64,000 nt of DNA from an uncultured Candidatus Saccharibacteria bacterium. Lineage in GTDB: Bacteria > Patescibacteriota > Minisyncoccia > Sungbacterales > JACQCQ01. The position numbers and the translations under genes were made by a program. The stretch's first letter is position 1. Each line of letters starts with the position of its first letter. Shown here one piece after another: positions 1 to 9,621 of this stretch. The DNA is taken from assembly GCA_964494945.1 (NCBI GenBank), contig CAZBTX010000004.1:27385-91384 (forward strand), in the 5' to 3' direction. Below the pieces are notes generated by a model. That model saw nothing but the letters and a program-made list of their open reading frames with translations, was not told the DNA's origin and did no database searches.

Positions 1-4
1 GCGA

Positions 5-1330
5 ATGATAATGAAGGGTGACGCTCTACGGGGCGGAATGCCCTGGTGGAAATTCGTAGCTAATATTGGTCTTACGGCACTTGAAAATTTCATTCTTGGG
101 CTTGGTCTCACCGAGTATCATTCGGGTTTTCGTGCTTACAGCCGCGAAGTACTCTCTATTTTGCCTCTGCAAAAAAACGCCGACGGATTTGTATTTGACA
201 GCGAGATCATAGTGCAGCTTGGAATAGCGGGTTTTTCCATTAAGGAAATTCCCATTACCACTCGTTATTTCAAAGAGGCCTCCATGATAGGTTTCTGGAA
301 AAGCGTTCGTTACGGATTTTCCATACTACTCCTAATGGAGCATTATTTGCTGCACCGCAAAGGTTTTTACACGGACCCGCGTTTTGTCATCTCGCGCCAT
401 CCATGCCCCGTCTGCGCCGGCAAAGACACCCCACTTTTATATCCGCGCTCTACGGAGTTCATGGGACTTGCCGCCTATCGGATAACGGAAAATACTGTGG
501 GGGCGCACGATAACATTTTCCTCTGCCACGCCTGCGGCAGTGCTTTCTCGCGTTCTGGGCATAAGCCGTTGTCTCTGGTCGATTATTACACGTCCCAGCC
601 CTGCGATCCTGCTTATCTGGCCGAAGAGAAAGGCAGAAGAAAAAGCTTCAGGAGGATAATTAAAAGAATAGAAACGCATATTACCAAGGGCGCGATACTG
701 GAGGTGGGGTCCGGTCCTGGGTTTTTTCTGGCTGAAGCCAAAGAACGCGGCTGGAAAACTTCAGGTATTGAACTTTCGCGCCAGTCGGCGGATTTCGCGC
801 GTTCGCGTCTCGGTCTGGACGTCAAGGAGGGCGATGCTTCGCTTCTCTCCACATTTCCCGATAATACTCTGGACGCCGTTGCGGCTCTGGATGTGGTGGA
901 ACATCTGGCGGAGCCGCTGGTTTTCCTGAAAGAAGTGCGTAGAGTACTCAAACCCGGAGGGCTTTTTGTCTGGACCACCCCGCGCTTTGATAGCTGGCTT
1001 AGACGGATTCTGGGCAGGCGCTGGTATGCTATTTTGCCGTCTCATCTTGTCTATTTCAGCCGAAAAGGAATAATCATAGCCGCCCGCGCTACAGGGTTCA
1101 CACTAAAAGAATCACGGAGTTTCACCCGTTATTTTTCCCCCGCCTATGTTATTTTCCGTCTTAAGGGATATATTTCCGGCAGTAATCGCTCCTCGAAGAA
1201 AAGCGGCCCGCCGTTGGGCGCCCGCTCCGACTTGGAAACGAGGCGAGAGGCTCGCCCTGTAGGCGGCCTGCTTATCCCGCTTCAGCTTTTTGACGAATTT
1301 GAGCTTTATTTTGAAAAACCTATAAAATGA
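5..1330 (+). CDS. GT2 (DPM1-like) glycosyltransferase C-terminal part fused to a Cys-motif class I SAM methyltransferase; probably 5'-truncated by the window edge
   Basis: EYHSGFRAYSR...FVFDSE GT2 motifs; CPVC...CHAC; LEVGSGPG and DVVEHL methyltransferase motifs. Confidence 0.8.
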   Translation: MIMKGDALRGGMPWWKFVANIGLTALENFILGLGLTEYHSGFRAYSREVLSILPLQKNADGFVFDSEIIVQLGIAGFSIKEIPITTRYFKEASMIGFWKSVRYGFSILLLMEHYLLHRKGFYTDPRFVISRHPCPVCAGKDTPLLYPRSTEFMGLAAYRITENTVGAHDNIFLCHACGSAFSRSGHKPLSLVDYYTSQPCDPAYLAEEKGRRKSFRRIIKRIETHITKGAILEVGSGPGFFLAEAKERGWKTSGIELSRQSADFARSRLGLDVKEGDASLLSTFPDNTLDAVAALDVVEHLAEPLVFLKEVRRVLKPGGLFVWTTPRFDSWLRRILGRRWYAILPSHLVYFSRKGIIIAARATGFTLKESRSFTRYFSPAYVIFRLKGYISGSNRSSKKSGPPLGARSDLETRREARPVGGLLIPLQLFDEFELYFEKPIK

Positions 1331-2472
1331 AAGTCATTTTTTTAAGTTCCGATCGTCTGATCCTGGGAGATTCTCCGGCGCGTCGTCGCATGGCGGAGTA
1401 CGGCAGGATATTTGATGAGGTGCACGTTATTGTTTTTGCGAAAGGAGTACGTCGCAAAGAAAATATTTCCGCGAATGTAAGCTACTATACCACGGGTTCA
1501 CTTTCGCGCTGGCGGTATCCCTTTGACGCATTTCTTATCGCCAAAGCAATTATCGCTAAGTCCGGCAGCGTAAAAGGCGACTTTATTGTCAGCGCTCAAG
1601 ACCCCTTTGAGGCCGGGGCAATAGCGTACTGGCTCAAAAAAAGAACCGGCGTGCCTTATCAGATACAAATCCATACAGATTTTCTTTCGCCTTATTTCGT
1701 AAAAGAACACTGGGAGAACCGATTACGTTTACTGACGGCCGGTTTTATATTAGAGAGAGCCGATTGCATACGCGCGGTTTCCCAACGCATCGTTCGTTCC
1801 TTGGTCCTTCGCTACCCCGCTATTTCCAGAGAACGGATTGCCGTACTTCCGGTTTGGGGCGAACCGTTTTCCATTCATCCGGTACCCGAAGCCGGGAGAT
1901 TCAACATTCTGGTTGTTTCCAGATTAGAACCGGAAAAAGGCATAGACGATGCCCTGTCTGCTTTTAAGATGTTCCACGCTCTCGGTGGGAGCGGGCGTCT
2001 GGTTATCGTGGGCAGCGGCAGTCAATATCAAAAACTTCGTAAACGCGCGGAGTCGCAAGACATAGCACCCTTTGTTTCTTTTGAGGGGTGGCAAGCAACA
2101 CTCGGCAAATACTATGAAACGGCCGATGTATTCCTTATGCCATCGCATTACGAAGGATGGGGTATGGCCGCATATGAAGCGGTACGTATTGGTATTCCGG
2201 TGGTTATAACAAATGTCGGACTTGCGGGAGAAGCGGTGAAAGACGGTGAGAACGGCCTCATTGTGCCCGTGGGAGACATAGAAGCCATGGCTCATGCTCT
2301 TCTTAAGGTATCTAGAGGTGAGTTGCGTTTTAGCGGGGCCGTAGGCGCGGATTTACCCCCACACCAGAAAATCACGGGCTTACGCCCGTGGTGTGGGGGT
2401 TTATCGGCAACGCAGGCGGAATATCTGGAACAATATCTTAAGGCAATGAAACTTTGCCAAAAACCAAGCTAA
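1327..2472 (+). CDS. GT4 glycosyltransferase (carries a 48-bp in-frame palindromic insertion)
   Basis: VSRLEPEKG, PSHYEGWGMAAYEA; ATGA overlap with the upstream gene. Confidence 0.9.
   Translation: MKVIFLSSDRLILGDSPARRRMAEYGRIFDEVHVIVFAKGVRRKENISANVSYYTTGSLSRWRYPFDAFLIAKAIIAKSGSVKGDFIVSAQDPFEAGAIAYWLKKRTGVPYQIQIHTDFLSPYFVKEHWENRLRLLTAGFILERADCIRAVSQRIVRSLVLRYPAISRERIAVLPVWGEPFSIHPVPEAGRFNILVVSRLEPEKGIDDALSAFKMFHALGGSGRLVIVGSGSQYQKLRKRAESQDIAPFVSFEGWQATLGKYYETADVFLMPSHYEGWGMAAYEAVRIGIPVVITNVGLAGEAVKDGENGLIVPVGDIEAMAHALLKVSRGELRFSGAVGADLPPHQKITGLRPWCGGLSATQAEYLEQYLKAMKLCQKPS
2356..2399. mobile_element. Miniature palindromic insertion, CCCCACACC...GGTGTGGGG family, copy 1 (in-frame)
   Basis: acccccacacca/tggtgtgggggt inverted repeat flanked by TTTA direct repeats; net 48 bp. 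Confidence 0.75.
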
Positions 2473-2533
2473 TCATCTCGCCGTCTCGTAATATTTAAGA
2501 TATACTTATAAAAAGATTTTAATTCCCATTATT

Positions 2534-2908
2534 ATGTCGCTTATCACTCTCGGTCTTATAGCTTTCACGGTGCTTTCGGCGGTTTCAAGTCAAACGATAT
2601 TCAAATCCTGGTCCAACCAACTTGGTTCTCAAAGTATTTCGGCCGGGAATGTTCTGGATGTCTTTCTGAAGATTTTACAGAGCCCGCTGATGCTTTTGGC
2701 GCTTATTATCTATGGGCTGGGTTTTATGTCCTGGATCTTTTTGCTTTCCCGCAATGAACTTTCGCTGGTATACCCGGTGGTGCTTAGCGTAAATATCGTA
2801 GTTATGCTTTTTGCTTCCTCCATTTTTTTTCATGAGTCAATCAATTTTTTTCAGCTCCTGGGAACCTTCGTTGTCATAGCGGGCATATATCTGCTATTTG
2901 TCGCTTAA
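2534..2908 (+). CDS. SMR/EamA-type small membrane protein (ArnE/ArnF-like)
   Basis: 124 aa, four hydrophobic segments, LSLVYP motif, glycan-locus context. Confidence 0.7.
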   Translation: MSLITLGLIAFTVLSAVSSQTIFKSWSNQLGSQSISAGNVLDVFLKILQSPLMLLALIIYGLGFMSWIFLLSRNELSLVYPVVLSVNIVVMLFASSIFFHESINFFQLLGTFVVIAGIYLLFVA

Positions 2909-2920
2909 TACGGCGATACG

Positions 2921-3038
2921 CCCGCCTAAGTCCGCCTAAATTTTTATAGTGGCGGGTAGGGCGTACGTATGTCTAGAATATTTTGTAGAGTATGATGAAT
3001 CCTGTATATAGATTAAAACTTAGGCGGATTTAGGCGGG
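2921..3038. mobile_element. Miniature inverted-repeat element CCCGCCTAA...TTAGGCGGG ending at the next start codon
   Basis: 24-bp terminal inverted repeats with 2 mismatches; flanks TACG/TATG. Confidence 0.7.
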
Positions 3039-3039
3039 T

Positions 3040-4083
3040 ATGCGGCTTCTTATCGTAACCCACGCCCTTGATGCCCGGGATACTAATCTCGGGTTTTTCC
3101 ATGAATGGGTCAGGCGGTTCTCTGAAACGTTTGAAGAAGTATTTGTCATAGCGCAGCGCATCGGTTCCGTTGATCTGCCTTCAAACGTTTTTGTGGAATC
3201 TTCCGGAAAGGAGAGGGGCGCCGGCAGATTTATGAGATTTTCCCGTTTTTGGGCGGCCGAGCGGCGTTTTATTTCAAGGACCGATGCTGTTTTTGTGCAT
3301 ATGAGTCCTTTGTATGCGATACTCGCTTGGCCTATGGCCCGCTTTTACGGCCGACCGCTTTATTTTTGGTATGTTCACGGAAGTGTCACATTCTTGCTTC
3401 GCGCGGCAGAGCGCCTGGTAAAACGCGTATTCACGGCTTCTCCGGAAAGTTTTCGCATTCCTTCTAAAAAAACGATAGTGGTAGGGCACGGCGTTGATAC
3501 CGATGTCTACGCTCCGGGAACGCGGGAAAATCGCGGAATTCTAACCATTCGTACACTGGGCAGGATAAGCCGTTCCAAAAATCTGCATATACTGGTAAAA
3601 TCCGCCGTTCTGCTTAAAAAAACTAAACCATCGGGGTGGGGGTTAAGTATTATTGGGGATCCGCCCGATGAGGAGGGCAAGGTCTATCTCAAAGAATTGT
3701 TATCGCTTAGCGAAAAGGAAGGCGTTACTGGAGAGGTCATATTCCATCGGGGAGTTCCGCATTCAGAGACGCCAAAACTTTATCGGGATACCGACATCTT
3801 CGTTAATCTTTCCGAAACGGGGAGCATAGATAAAGCCGTACTGGAAGCCATGAGTTCTGGGTGCTCAATTGTGAGTTCCAACGAGGCCTTTTTCTCCGTA
3901 TTGCCGGAGTCATCGCTCGTAAGAGAATTAACACCCGAAAATGTTGCCGGAGCTATCTTGAAAGCGTGGGATGAAAGTAGACCGCGAATGGACATGCGCA
4001 GAGTTGTGGAAAAAAGATTCAATTTGAGGTCGTTGATAAAAAATATCTCGGAGACAATAAAAAAAGACCAAAGTGAGGCATGA
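3040..4083 (+). CDS. GT4 glycosyltransferase
   Basis: GRISRSKN, SETGSIDKAVLEAMSSG. Confidence 0.9.
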   Translation: MRLLIVTHALDARDTNLGFFHEWVRRFSETFEEVFVIAQRIGSVDLPSNVFVESSGKERGAGRFMRFSRFWAAERRFISRTDAVFVHMSPLYAILAWPMARFYGRPLYFWYVHGSVTFLLRAAERLVKRVFTASPESFRIPSKKTIVVGHGVDTDVYAPGTRENRGILTIRTLGRISRSKNLHILVKSAVLLKKTKPSGWGLSIIGDPPDEEGKVYLKELLSLSEKEGVTGEVIFHRGVPHSETPKLYRDTDIFVNLSETGSIDKAVLEAMSSGCSIVSSNEAFFSVLPESSLVRELTPENVAGAILKAWDESRPRMDMRRVVEKRFNLRSLIKNISETIKKDQSEA

Positions 4084-4883
4084 AATCTTTTCTGCGCAAA
4101 CTGCTTACTTTGAAGCTGTGGATATTGCAAGCCGCACTGCGGCCATTTTTTAGTCAGCCGGTTGTGGCGGTCTTGGTCTACCACAGCGTTGACGATACGA
4201 ATTGGTTTTACGGCGTTTCTCCCGGTGCTTTCCGGCAGCAGATGGAATACCTAAAGCGTTACTGCCGGCCGGTTACATTCCAAGAAGTAGTAAGTTATGC
4301 CAAAGGTGAGATAAAACTTTCTCCGCGCTCCGTGGCTGTAACCTTTGATGACGGTTATGCCAATGTGGTGGAGGCGGCCTTTCCCGTTTTAAGGGATTAC
4401 GGCATACCCATGACCATATTTTTGACAACCTCTCCGGAGGCCAACCGAAAAGAACTGGACAACTCTTTCCCCATAGCAAGCTGGGACCAAATTCGCGACA
4501 TGGCGCGCTCCGGGCTTGTAACCGTGGGCGCTCACGGGGCTACGCATGTCCGCTTGGACACTATTCCCCCGGAGTTGCTGGAGCGGGAAATATACGAGTC
4601 GCAAAGAACAATTGAAAAAGAATTGGATGGTCCCCCCAAGTTCTTTGCTTACCCTAAGGGGTTATTTTCAAAAGAAGTGGTTGAAGCCGTTAAGCGTCAC
4701 GGCTTTGAAGCCGCGGCTGCCGCCAAGCAGGGCATAGTCCGACCGGGCGATGACCCTTATGCCATAAAAAGAGTGGCGGTGCACCGCGGCATCGGCGAGT
4801 GGGAATTTAAGGCGCGGCTTACGGCGGCCATTGATTGGATAACGTATTGGTGGGTATTATATCAGCGTCTTATTTCAAGATAA
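4080..4883 (+). CDS. Polysaccharide deacetylase (NodB/IcaB-like)
   Basis: LVYH, VTFDDGY, HGATH, FAYPKG motifs. Confidence 0.9.
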   Translation: MKSFLRKLLTLKLWILQAALRPFFSQPVVAVLVYHSVDDTNWFYGVSPGAFRQQMEYLKRYCRPVTFQEVVSYAKGEIKLSPRSVAVTFDDGYANVVEAAFPVLRDYGIPMTIFLTTSPEANRKELDNSFPIASWDQIRDMARSGLVTVGAHGATHVRLDTIPPELLEREIYESQRTIEKELDGPPKFFAYPKGLFSKEVVEAVKRHGFEAAAAAKQGIVRPGDDPYAIKRVAVHRGIGEWEFKARLTAAIDWITYWWVLYQRLISR

Positions 4884-4887
4884 GTTT

Positions 4888-5736
4888 ATGGGGGGAATAC
4901 CGGCTTCAGTGAGCATTCTTACGTTTAACTCTGCCACGACTTTGCCGCGGGCGCTTGAATCCCTGAAAGATTTTGATGAGATCATTGTTTGTGATGGAGG
5001 CAGTACCGACGGAACATTAGCCATTGCCGAAAAATACGGCTCCAAGGTAATCTTTCAAAACGCAAAGTATAAAAATGCCGACGGCACAATTCGTGATTAT
5101 GCCGGAGTGCGTAACCAGTGTTTGGGTGCCGCAGAACATGACTGGTTCTTCTATTTGGATTCCGACGAGGTCATAACTCCCGAGCTGTGCGATGAGATCC
5201 GCGATATTATTGCTTCTCTCCCCAGTGTTCTTATATATGAAGTGAGTTTTGAGATGGAATTACCAGGCCGTTTGGTGCGTGAAAGTGCCGCCCTGCCGAG
5301 TTATCAATTGAGATTTTTCAACATCATGACGGGTGCGCGATTTACCAAAGAAGTCCATGAAAAGATTGTTTTTGACAGAAAGAAGTATAAAGTGGGCCGG
5401 CTTAAAGGCAAATGGCGCGTGATCTGGAACGAAGATAGAGTAAGGAACTACTGGAAGAGGGCCGACCGTTATCTGGCTATGGAGGTGCGCCGTCTCGGCC
5501 ATCAGACATTCCCGGAATTCATCGGGTTTGCTTTTGGGAACATACTGCAAATTGGTAAGCGAGCGTCAAAAATCGCCATTAATCTTTTGCGTTTGCCCGT
5601 GCGGTCGCGGATGCCCATACGCTTGGAACTCTACAGCATTGGCTATGCCGCCAAACTGATGTATCTTATGGCTAAAAAAGGGTTTACCCCCACACCCAAG
5701 AATACTTCACCCTTCAAGGTGAGGATGAGTAGATGA
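4888..5736 (+). CDS. GT2 glycosyltransferase (WaaE/KdtX-like); C-terminus rewritten by a palindromic insertion
   Basis: DGGSTDGT, RNQCL, LDSDE, VHE motifs. Confidence 0.9.
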   Translation: MGGIPASVSILTFNSATTLPRALESLKDFDEIIVCDGGSTDGTLAIAEKYGSKVIFQNAKYKNADGTIRDYAGVRNQCLGAAEHDWFFYLDSDEVITPELCDEIRDIIASLPSVLIYEVSFEMELPGRLVRESAALPSYQLRFFNIMTGARFTKEVHEKIVFDRKKYKVGRLKGKWRVIWNEDRVRNYWKRADRYLAMEVRRLGHQTFPEFIGFAFGNILQIGKRASKIAINLLRLPVRSRMPIRLELYSIGYAAKLMYLMAKKGFTPTPKNTSPFKVRMSR

Positions 5737-5784
5737 TTAAATTTTCCCCCCAAATGCCCCATCTTTTAGGATGAGGTGTGGGGG
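5687..5784. mobile_element. Miniature palindromic insertion, CCCCACACC...GGTGTGGGG family, copy 2
   Basis: cccccacacc/ggtgtggggg ends, TTTA direct repeats, net 102 bp. Confidence 0.75.
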
Positions 5785-5794
5785 TTTACAAAAC

Positions 5795-7153
5795 ATGCAT
5801 AACTTACGCAATAATTTTGAAGGCGACCGATTGCTGTGGCACGACGAGGCGCGTAAGTTGCCGTTAATTTACGATTTTTTTGAGGCGCATAAGGCGATAG
5901 ACGTTTTTTCCATTTTTGATTTCATCCTTTACGGCGCGGTACTTCCGCCCCATGCCCCGCTTTTGGGCGTAAGGCAGCTTTTCCCGGGAGAGATGATCAA
6001 AAACGGAGAGAGAACCAATGAATACGTCAATCTTGATCTTACAGTGCGGCCGCGGAACATCGCGACTATGGCCGCCGAGTTCCAGAAACTCCTCGCGGAA
6101 TATTTTGCTTCGTTCCATGACACGGAGTCAGCCGTTTTGCTGTCCGGCGGCATTGATTCGGCTATCATAGCGAGCTTCTTGGGGTCAAGGGCGACAGCGT
6201 TCACTTGGGGCGGTTGGGGCGAACAATCCACCGATGTCCGCTACGCGAAAGAAACCAGAAAAACTTTTGGCTTGAAAGAACATCATTTCGTTTACGCCGA
6301 CTACAAAAAAGACCATGAGGGATACCGTAAAGCAGTTGAAGCGCTTGGCATACCTCTGCTTTTCCACAATGCGGTGCCCCATATAAGATTAGCTCAAGCC
6401 GCGGCGGAGCGCGGCGTCAAGAGCTGGTTTATGGGGCAGAACGCCGACACGGTGCTGGTTTCTTACCCGGCGCCGATAATCATAAGACGTCTCATAAGAT
6501 TGAAGAAAATTCTGCCGATAAATCCGCTTCATCTGTGGAAACGCAAAGGATTTTTGTTCTCTACCGCCAGCGTTGTTCGTCTTTTTGCCTACTTTAAGTC
6601 ATCCGGCGTTTTTCCGGGGCCTTGGATAAAAGTTCCTCATGGCTACTTTGAGGAAAAGGAAGAGATCATGCGGCGCTACGTGCCGCGCGGCACGCTGATG
6701 CAGAAAATAATCTTAATAGAAGAGCTTCTGACCGAAGCGAGGCGAAACCAGATACATCAAAACGAGATACCGCGGCTCTATAATATAGACGTTCGTTGCC
6801 CGTACTACACCAGAAAATTCATAGAGTTCGCTCTCTCTTTGCCGGATGGGGCGCGGAGAAAAGACCATTACGGCAAGGCGGTTTTCAAGGAACTGGCGCG
6901 CCTTAGGGGCGTACCCGATGTTGTCATAGAAAAAGGCAAAAAGGGCCTTTCCTACGGCTACAAGGAATTCATGGCCCGCAAGATGCATATCCCCATTTGG
7001 GACGTTATGGAAAAAGATGATTTCATGAACCACTTTCTTGATATGAGAAAGGCAAGAGCCGCCCTGCAGGATAATTTTCTGGCGTTTGACGTGCTGCGCA
7101 GTCTTTACTCTTGGGGAGAATGGGTTGCCAAAAAACGCGGATTAAAATTATAA
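5795..7153 (+). CDS. Asparagine-synthase C-terminal (ATP-pyrophosphatase) domain protein without an intact glutaminase domain
   Basis: LLSGGIDS, GQNAD, RCPY, GKAVFKELA. Start placed at ATG 5795 because ATG 5771 lies inside the insertion. Confidence 0.75.
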   Translation: MHNLRNNFEGDRLLWHDEARKLPLIYDFFEAHKAIDVFSIFDFILYGAVLPPHAPLLGVRQLFPGEMIKNGERTNEYVNLDLTVRPRNIATMAAEFQKLLAEYFASFHDTESAVLLSGGIDSAIIASFLGSRATAFTWGGWGEQSTDVRYAKETRKTFGLKEHHFVYADYKKDHEGYRKAVEALGIPLLFHNAVPHIRLAQAAAERGVKSWFMGQNADTVLVSYPAPIIIRRLIRLKKILPINPLHLWKRKGFLFSTASVVRLFAYFKSSGVFPGPWIKVPHGYFEEKEEIMRRYVPRGTLMQKIILIEELLTEARRNQIHQNEIPRLYNIDVRCPYYTRKFIEFALSLPDGARRKDHYGKAVFKELARLRGVPDVVIEKGKKGLSYGYKEFMARKMHIPIWDVMEKDDFMNHFLDMRKARAALQDNFLAFDVLRSLYSWGEWVAKKRGLKL

Positions 7154-7158
7154 CGCGT

Positions 7159-8286
7159 ATGCGTCTTATATATATAGCGTCAGCCCGTATTCCCACCGAA
7201 AAAGCGCACGGGCTTCAAATTATGAAAATGTGCGAAGCGCTGGCCGGCGCCGGCGCGGAAATTGAGCTTTGGACGGCGCGGAGGGAGTCAAGCGTCAAAT
7301 CCGACCCTTTCGCTTATTATGGTCTTAAGGCGCGTTTTCCCATACGGCGTTTCTTTGTCCTTGATTGGTTCTGGTTGCCGCGCTATTTGGGCTTCGGTCT
7401 TTTTGAGCTGACGTTCGCGCTCGGAATTCTCGCGGCCGCCGCGTTGCGTAAAGATGAAACCGTATATTACTCGCGCGACATCATGTCAGCCGCAATGCTC
7501 TCGCTCGCGGGCAAGAAAATATATCTTGAGCTTCACGACATCCCGCGTTCTCTAGCCGGTCTAAGGCTCGTATGGAAAAGGATAACGGGCATGGTCGCTA
7601 TCAGTTCCGGCATCGCCGCGGCGCTTGAGAAAAAAGGTTTCTCATCTTCCAAAATTAAGGTGTTACGCGACGGATTTGACGCCTCGCTTTTTCGTAGTTT
7701 ACCCAAAGAAGAAGCCAGACGACTTCTGGAACTTCCGGCCATGATGCGTATAGTTATTTACTGCGGGAGTGCGGAACCCTGGAAGGGGGTCTATACGCTT
7801 CTGGGCGCGGCTAGGACTTTTAAGGGGGAAGCCGAGTTCTATTTTATATTGGCGGGGGATAAGAAACTTGCCGAAGACTTTAAGCGCAAGGCCGAAAAAA
7901 TCCCCCATGTTAAGATATTGATGCAACGTCCCCATAGCGAGATACCTATGTGGCTTGCAGCGGCTGACGTGGCTGTTATCCCTAATCTGCCGGGTAAGGA
8001 AATTTCCCGGCTCTACACTTCACCTTTAAAGCTCTTTGAAGCGATGGCGGCCGGCAAACCTATTGTGGCCTCGCGGCTTCCTTCAATTACCGAGATACTT
8101 AACGACAATAACAGTTTTCTTTTTGAAGCGGGGGACCCGGTCTCACTTGCATCCACCGTTAAAGAAGCGCTTCGCGATATTGAGCGAGCGAGTGCTAGAG
8201 GAAACATGGCGATGTCCAAGAGCGTTAACTACAGCTGGGCGGCCAGAGCCGGGGAGCTTGTAAATTTCATAAGAGAAAAAGCGTAA
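7159..8286 (+). CDS. GT4 glycosyltransferase
   Basis: RIPTEKAHG, TSPLKLFEAMAAGKPIV. Confidence 0.9.
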   Translation: MRLIYIASARIPTEKAHGLQIMKMCEALAGAGAEIELWTARRESSVKSDPFAYYGLKARFPIRRFFVLDWFWLPRYLGFGLFELTFALGILAAAALRKDETVYYSRDIMSAAMLSLAGKKIYLELHDIPRSLAGLRLVWKRITGMVAISSGIAAALEKKGFSSSKIKVLRDGFDASLFRSLPKEEARRLLELPAMMRIVIYCGSAEPWKGVYTLLGAARTFKGEAEFYFILAGDKKLAEDFKRKAEKIPHVKILMQRPHSEIPMWLAAADVAVIPNLPGKEISRLYTSPLKLFEAMAAGKPIVASRLPSITEILNDNNSFLFEAGDPVSLASTVKEALRDIERASARGNMAMSKSVNYSWAARAGELVNFIREKA

Positions 8287-8354
8287 ATTGGACAAATACG
8301 AGCTATGAATGAGGAAGTATTCCGGCTAAATATTTCAAGGGTTAAATGGGCTGA

Positions 8355-8442
8355 TTTACTGAAAGCGAGAATACCACTTCAATTTTGCTGGAAGTTTACT
8401 GAAAGCCAGAGTAACACTTCAATACTGTACAGTATTTAAGTG
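8355..8442. repeat. Two 29-bp direct repeats (period 40) overlapping a 28-bp near-perfect palindrome
   Basis: 8355-8383 vs 8395-8423 (26/29 identical); cacttcaatactgtacagtatttaagtg at 8415-8442. Confidence 0.8.
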
Positions 8443-8531
8443 AAGGGGATGCGATGTAGGCATGGGATGCGGTTTAAGCATTTAAGTACAAAATCAGTTT
8501 GAGTATAAAATCAGAAAGTATGTCAGAAAGC

Positions 8532-9611
8532 ATGAAGGCATTTATTGTTACACGGAACGCTCCGGGAAAGGATTTTATCGGCGGCGCCGAGCTGCAGGCG
8601 TGGCTTATCACGAAATACTTGCGTAAGGATTATGGGTGGGAAACACTGTATGTCGCGCTGGAAGGCGAAACAGTGGGCAAAGAAACCAGAGACGACGCCG
8701 AGTTTTGTTATCTTTCAAGTAAAGGTGAAGAATTTTGGAGAAGTTTCCGCCGTTTCAGTGAACTCATTCGTGAAGAAAAGCCAGACCTTTGTTATATACG
8801 GGATTTTCGCTATCTCTTCCCGCTTGCTGTTGTGGCATGGATGCGGGGCATCCCAGTCGTATACAACACGACTCACGAAAAGAATCTTTATTTTTATTGC
8901 GGCTGGCAGGGCGTAAAGGGAACTCTTTTGCACGCTTTGTCTTTTATTGCACTCCATTTCGTGACCGTTATCACCAATAATGAGTCGCATGCCAAGAATC
9001 TGGCGACCCGCGGCATTAAAGCCACCGCCATCATGAACAGCATTGAGGACAATTATCGCGAGGGTATCGCCAAGAAAAAGCGCGTGGTATGGGTTGCTAA
9101 CTTAAAACCGAGAAAACGCCCCGAGCTTTTTATTGAATTGGCAGGACGTTTTCGCGGCTCCGGTTATGAATTTGTGATGATCGGTCATCTTCAGGCGGAT
9201 ACCGCGCGGTACCTGCGCTTGATAGACGAGGAAAGTACCTACAATCCCAATTTCCGTTATATGGGCGGGTTATCTTTGCACGAGGTTGACGAAATTCTGG
9301 CAGAATCAGAGATCTTTGTTTCCACCTGCAAACCGGAAGGATTTCCCAATAACATCATTCAAGCCTGTTTCGCTAAATGTGTTATCGTCAGTTTCAATTA
9401 CGACCCTGATGGAGTTCTGCGCCGTTACGCCGCGGGCTACGTTCCCAAGACATTTGATAGCATGGTTGAAGTAATTCAAAATCTTATGGCGGGGAATGCG
9501 GACAAGGAAATGGCGGAGCGGGCTCGGGCTTATGCTTTGGAACATCACTCCATCAGGCGGAATATGGCCCGCTTTAACGATGTTTTCCAAAATATAGCAG
9601 CGTCCCGATGA
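8532..9611 (+). CDS. GT4 glycosyltransferase
   Basis: GGAELQ, VANLKPRKRP, EGFPNNIIQA; start could be 8520. Confidence 0.85.
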   Translation: MKAFIVTRNAPGKDFIGGAELQAWLITKYLRKDYGWETLYVALEGETVGKETRDDAEFCYLSSKGEEFWRSFRRFSELIREEKPDLCYIRDFRYLFPLAVVAWMRGIPVVYNTTHEKNLYFYCGWQGVKGTLLHALSFIALHFVTVITNNESHAKNLATRGIKATAIMNSIEDNYREGIAKKKRVVWVANLKPRKRPELFIELAGRFRGSGYEFVMIGHLQADTARYLRLIDEESTYNPNFRYMGGLSLHEVDEILAESEIFVSTCKPEGFPNNIIQACFAKCVIVSFNYDPDGVLRRYAAGYVPKTFDSMVEVIQNLMAGNADKEMAERARAYALEHHSIRRNMARFNDVFQNIAASR

Positions 9612-9621
9612 CGTAATTCGC

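Noticed and set aside
8355-8423. Mini CRISPR array
   Set aside because: Only two imperfect repeats with an 11-bp spacer; no cas genes nearby.
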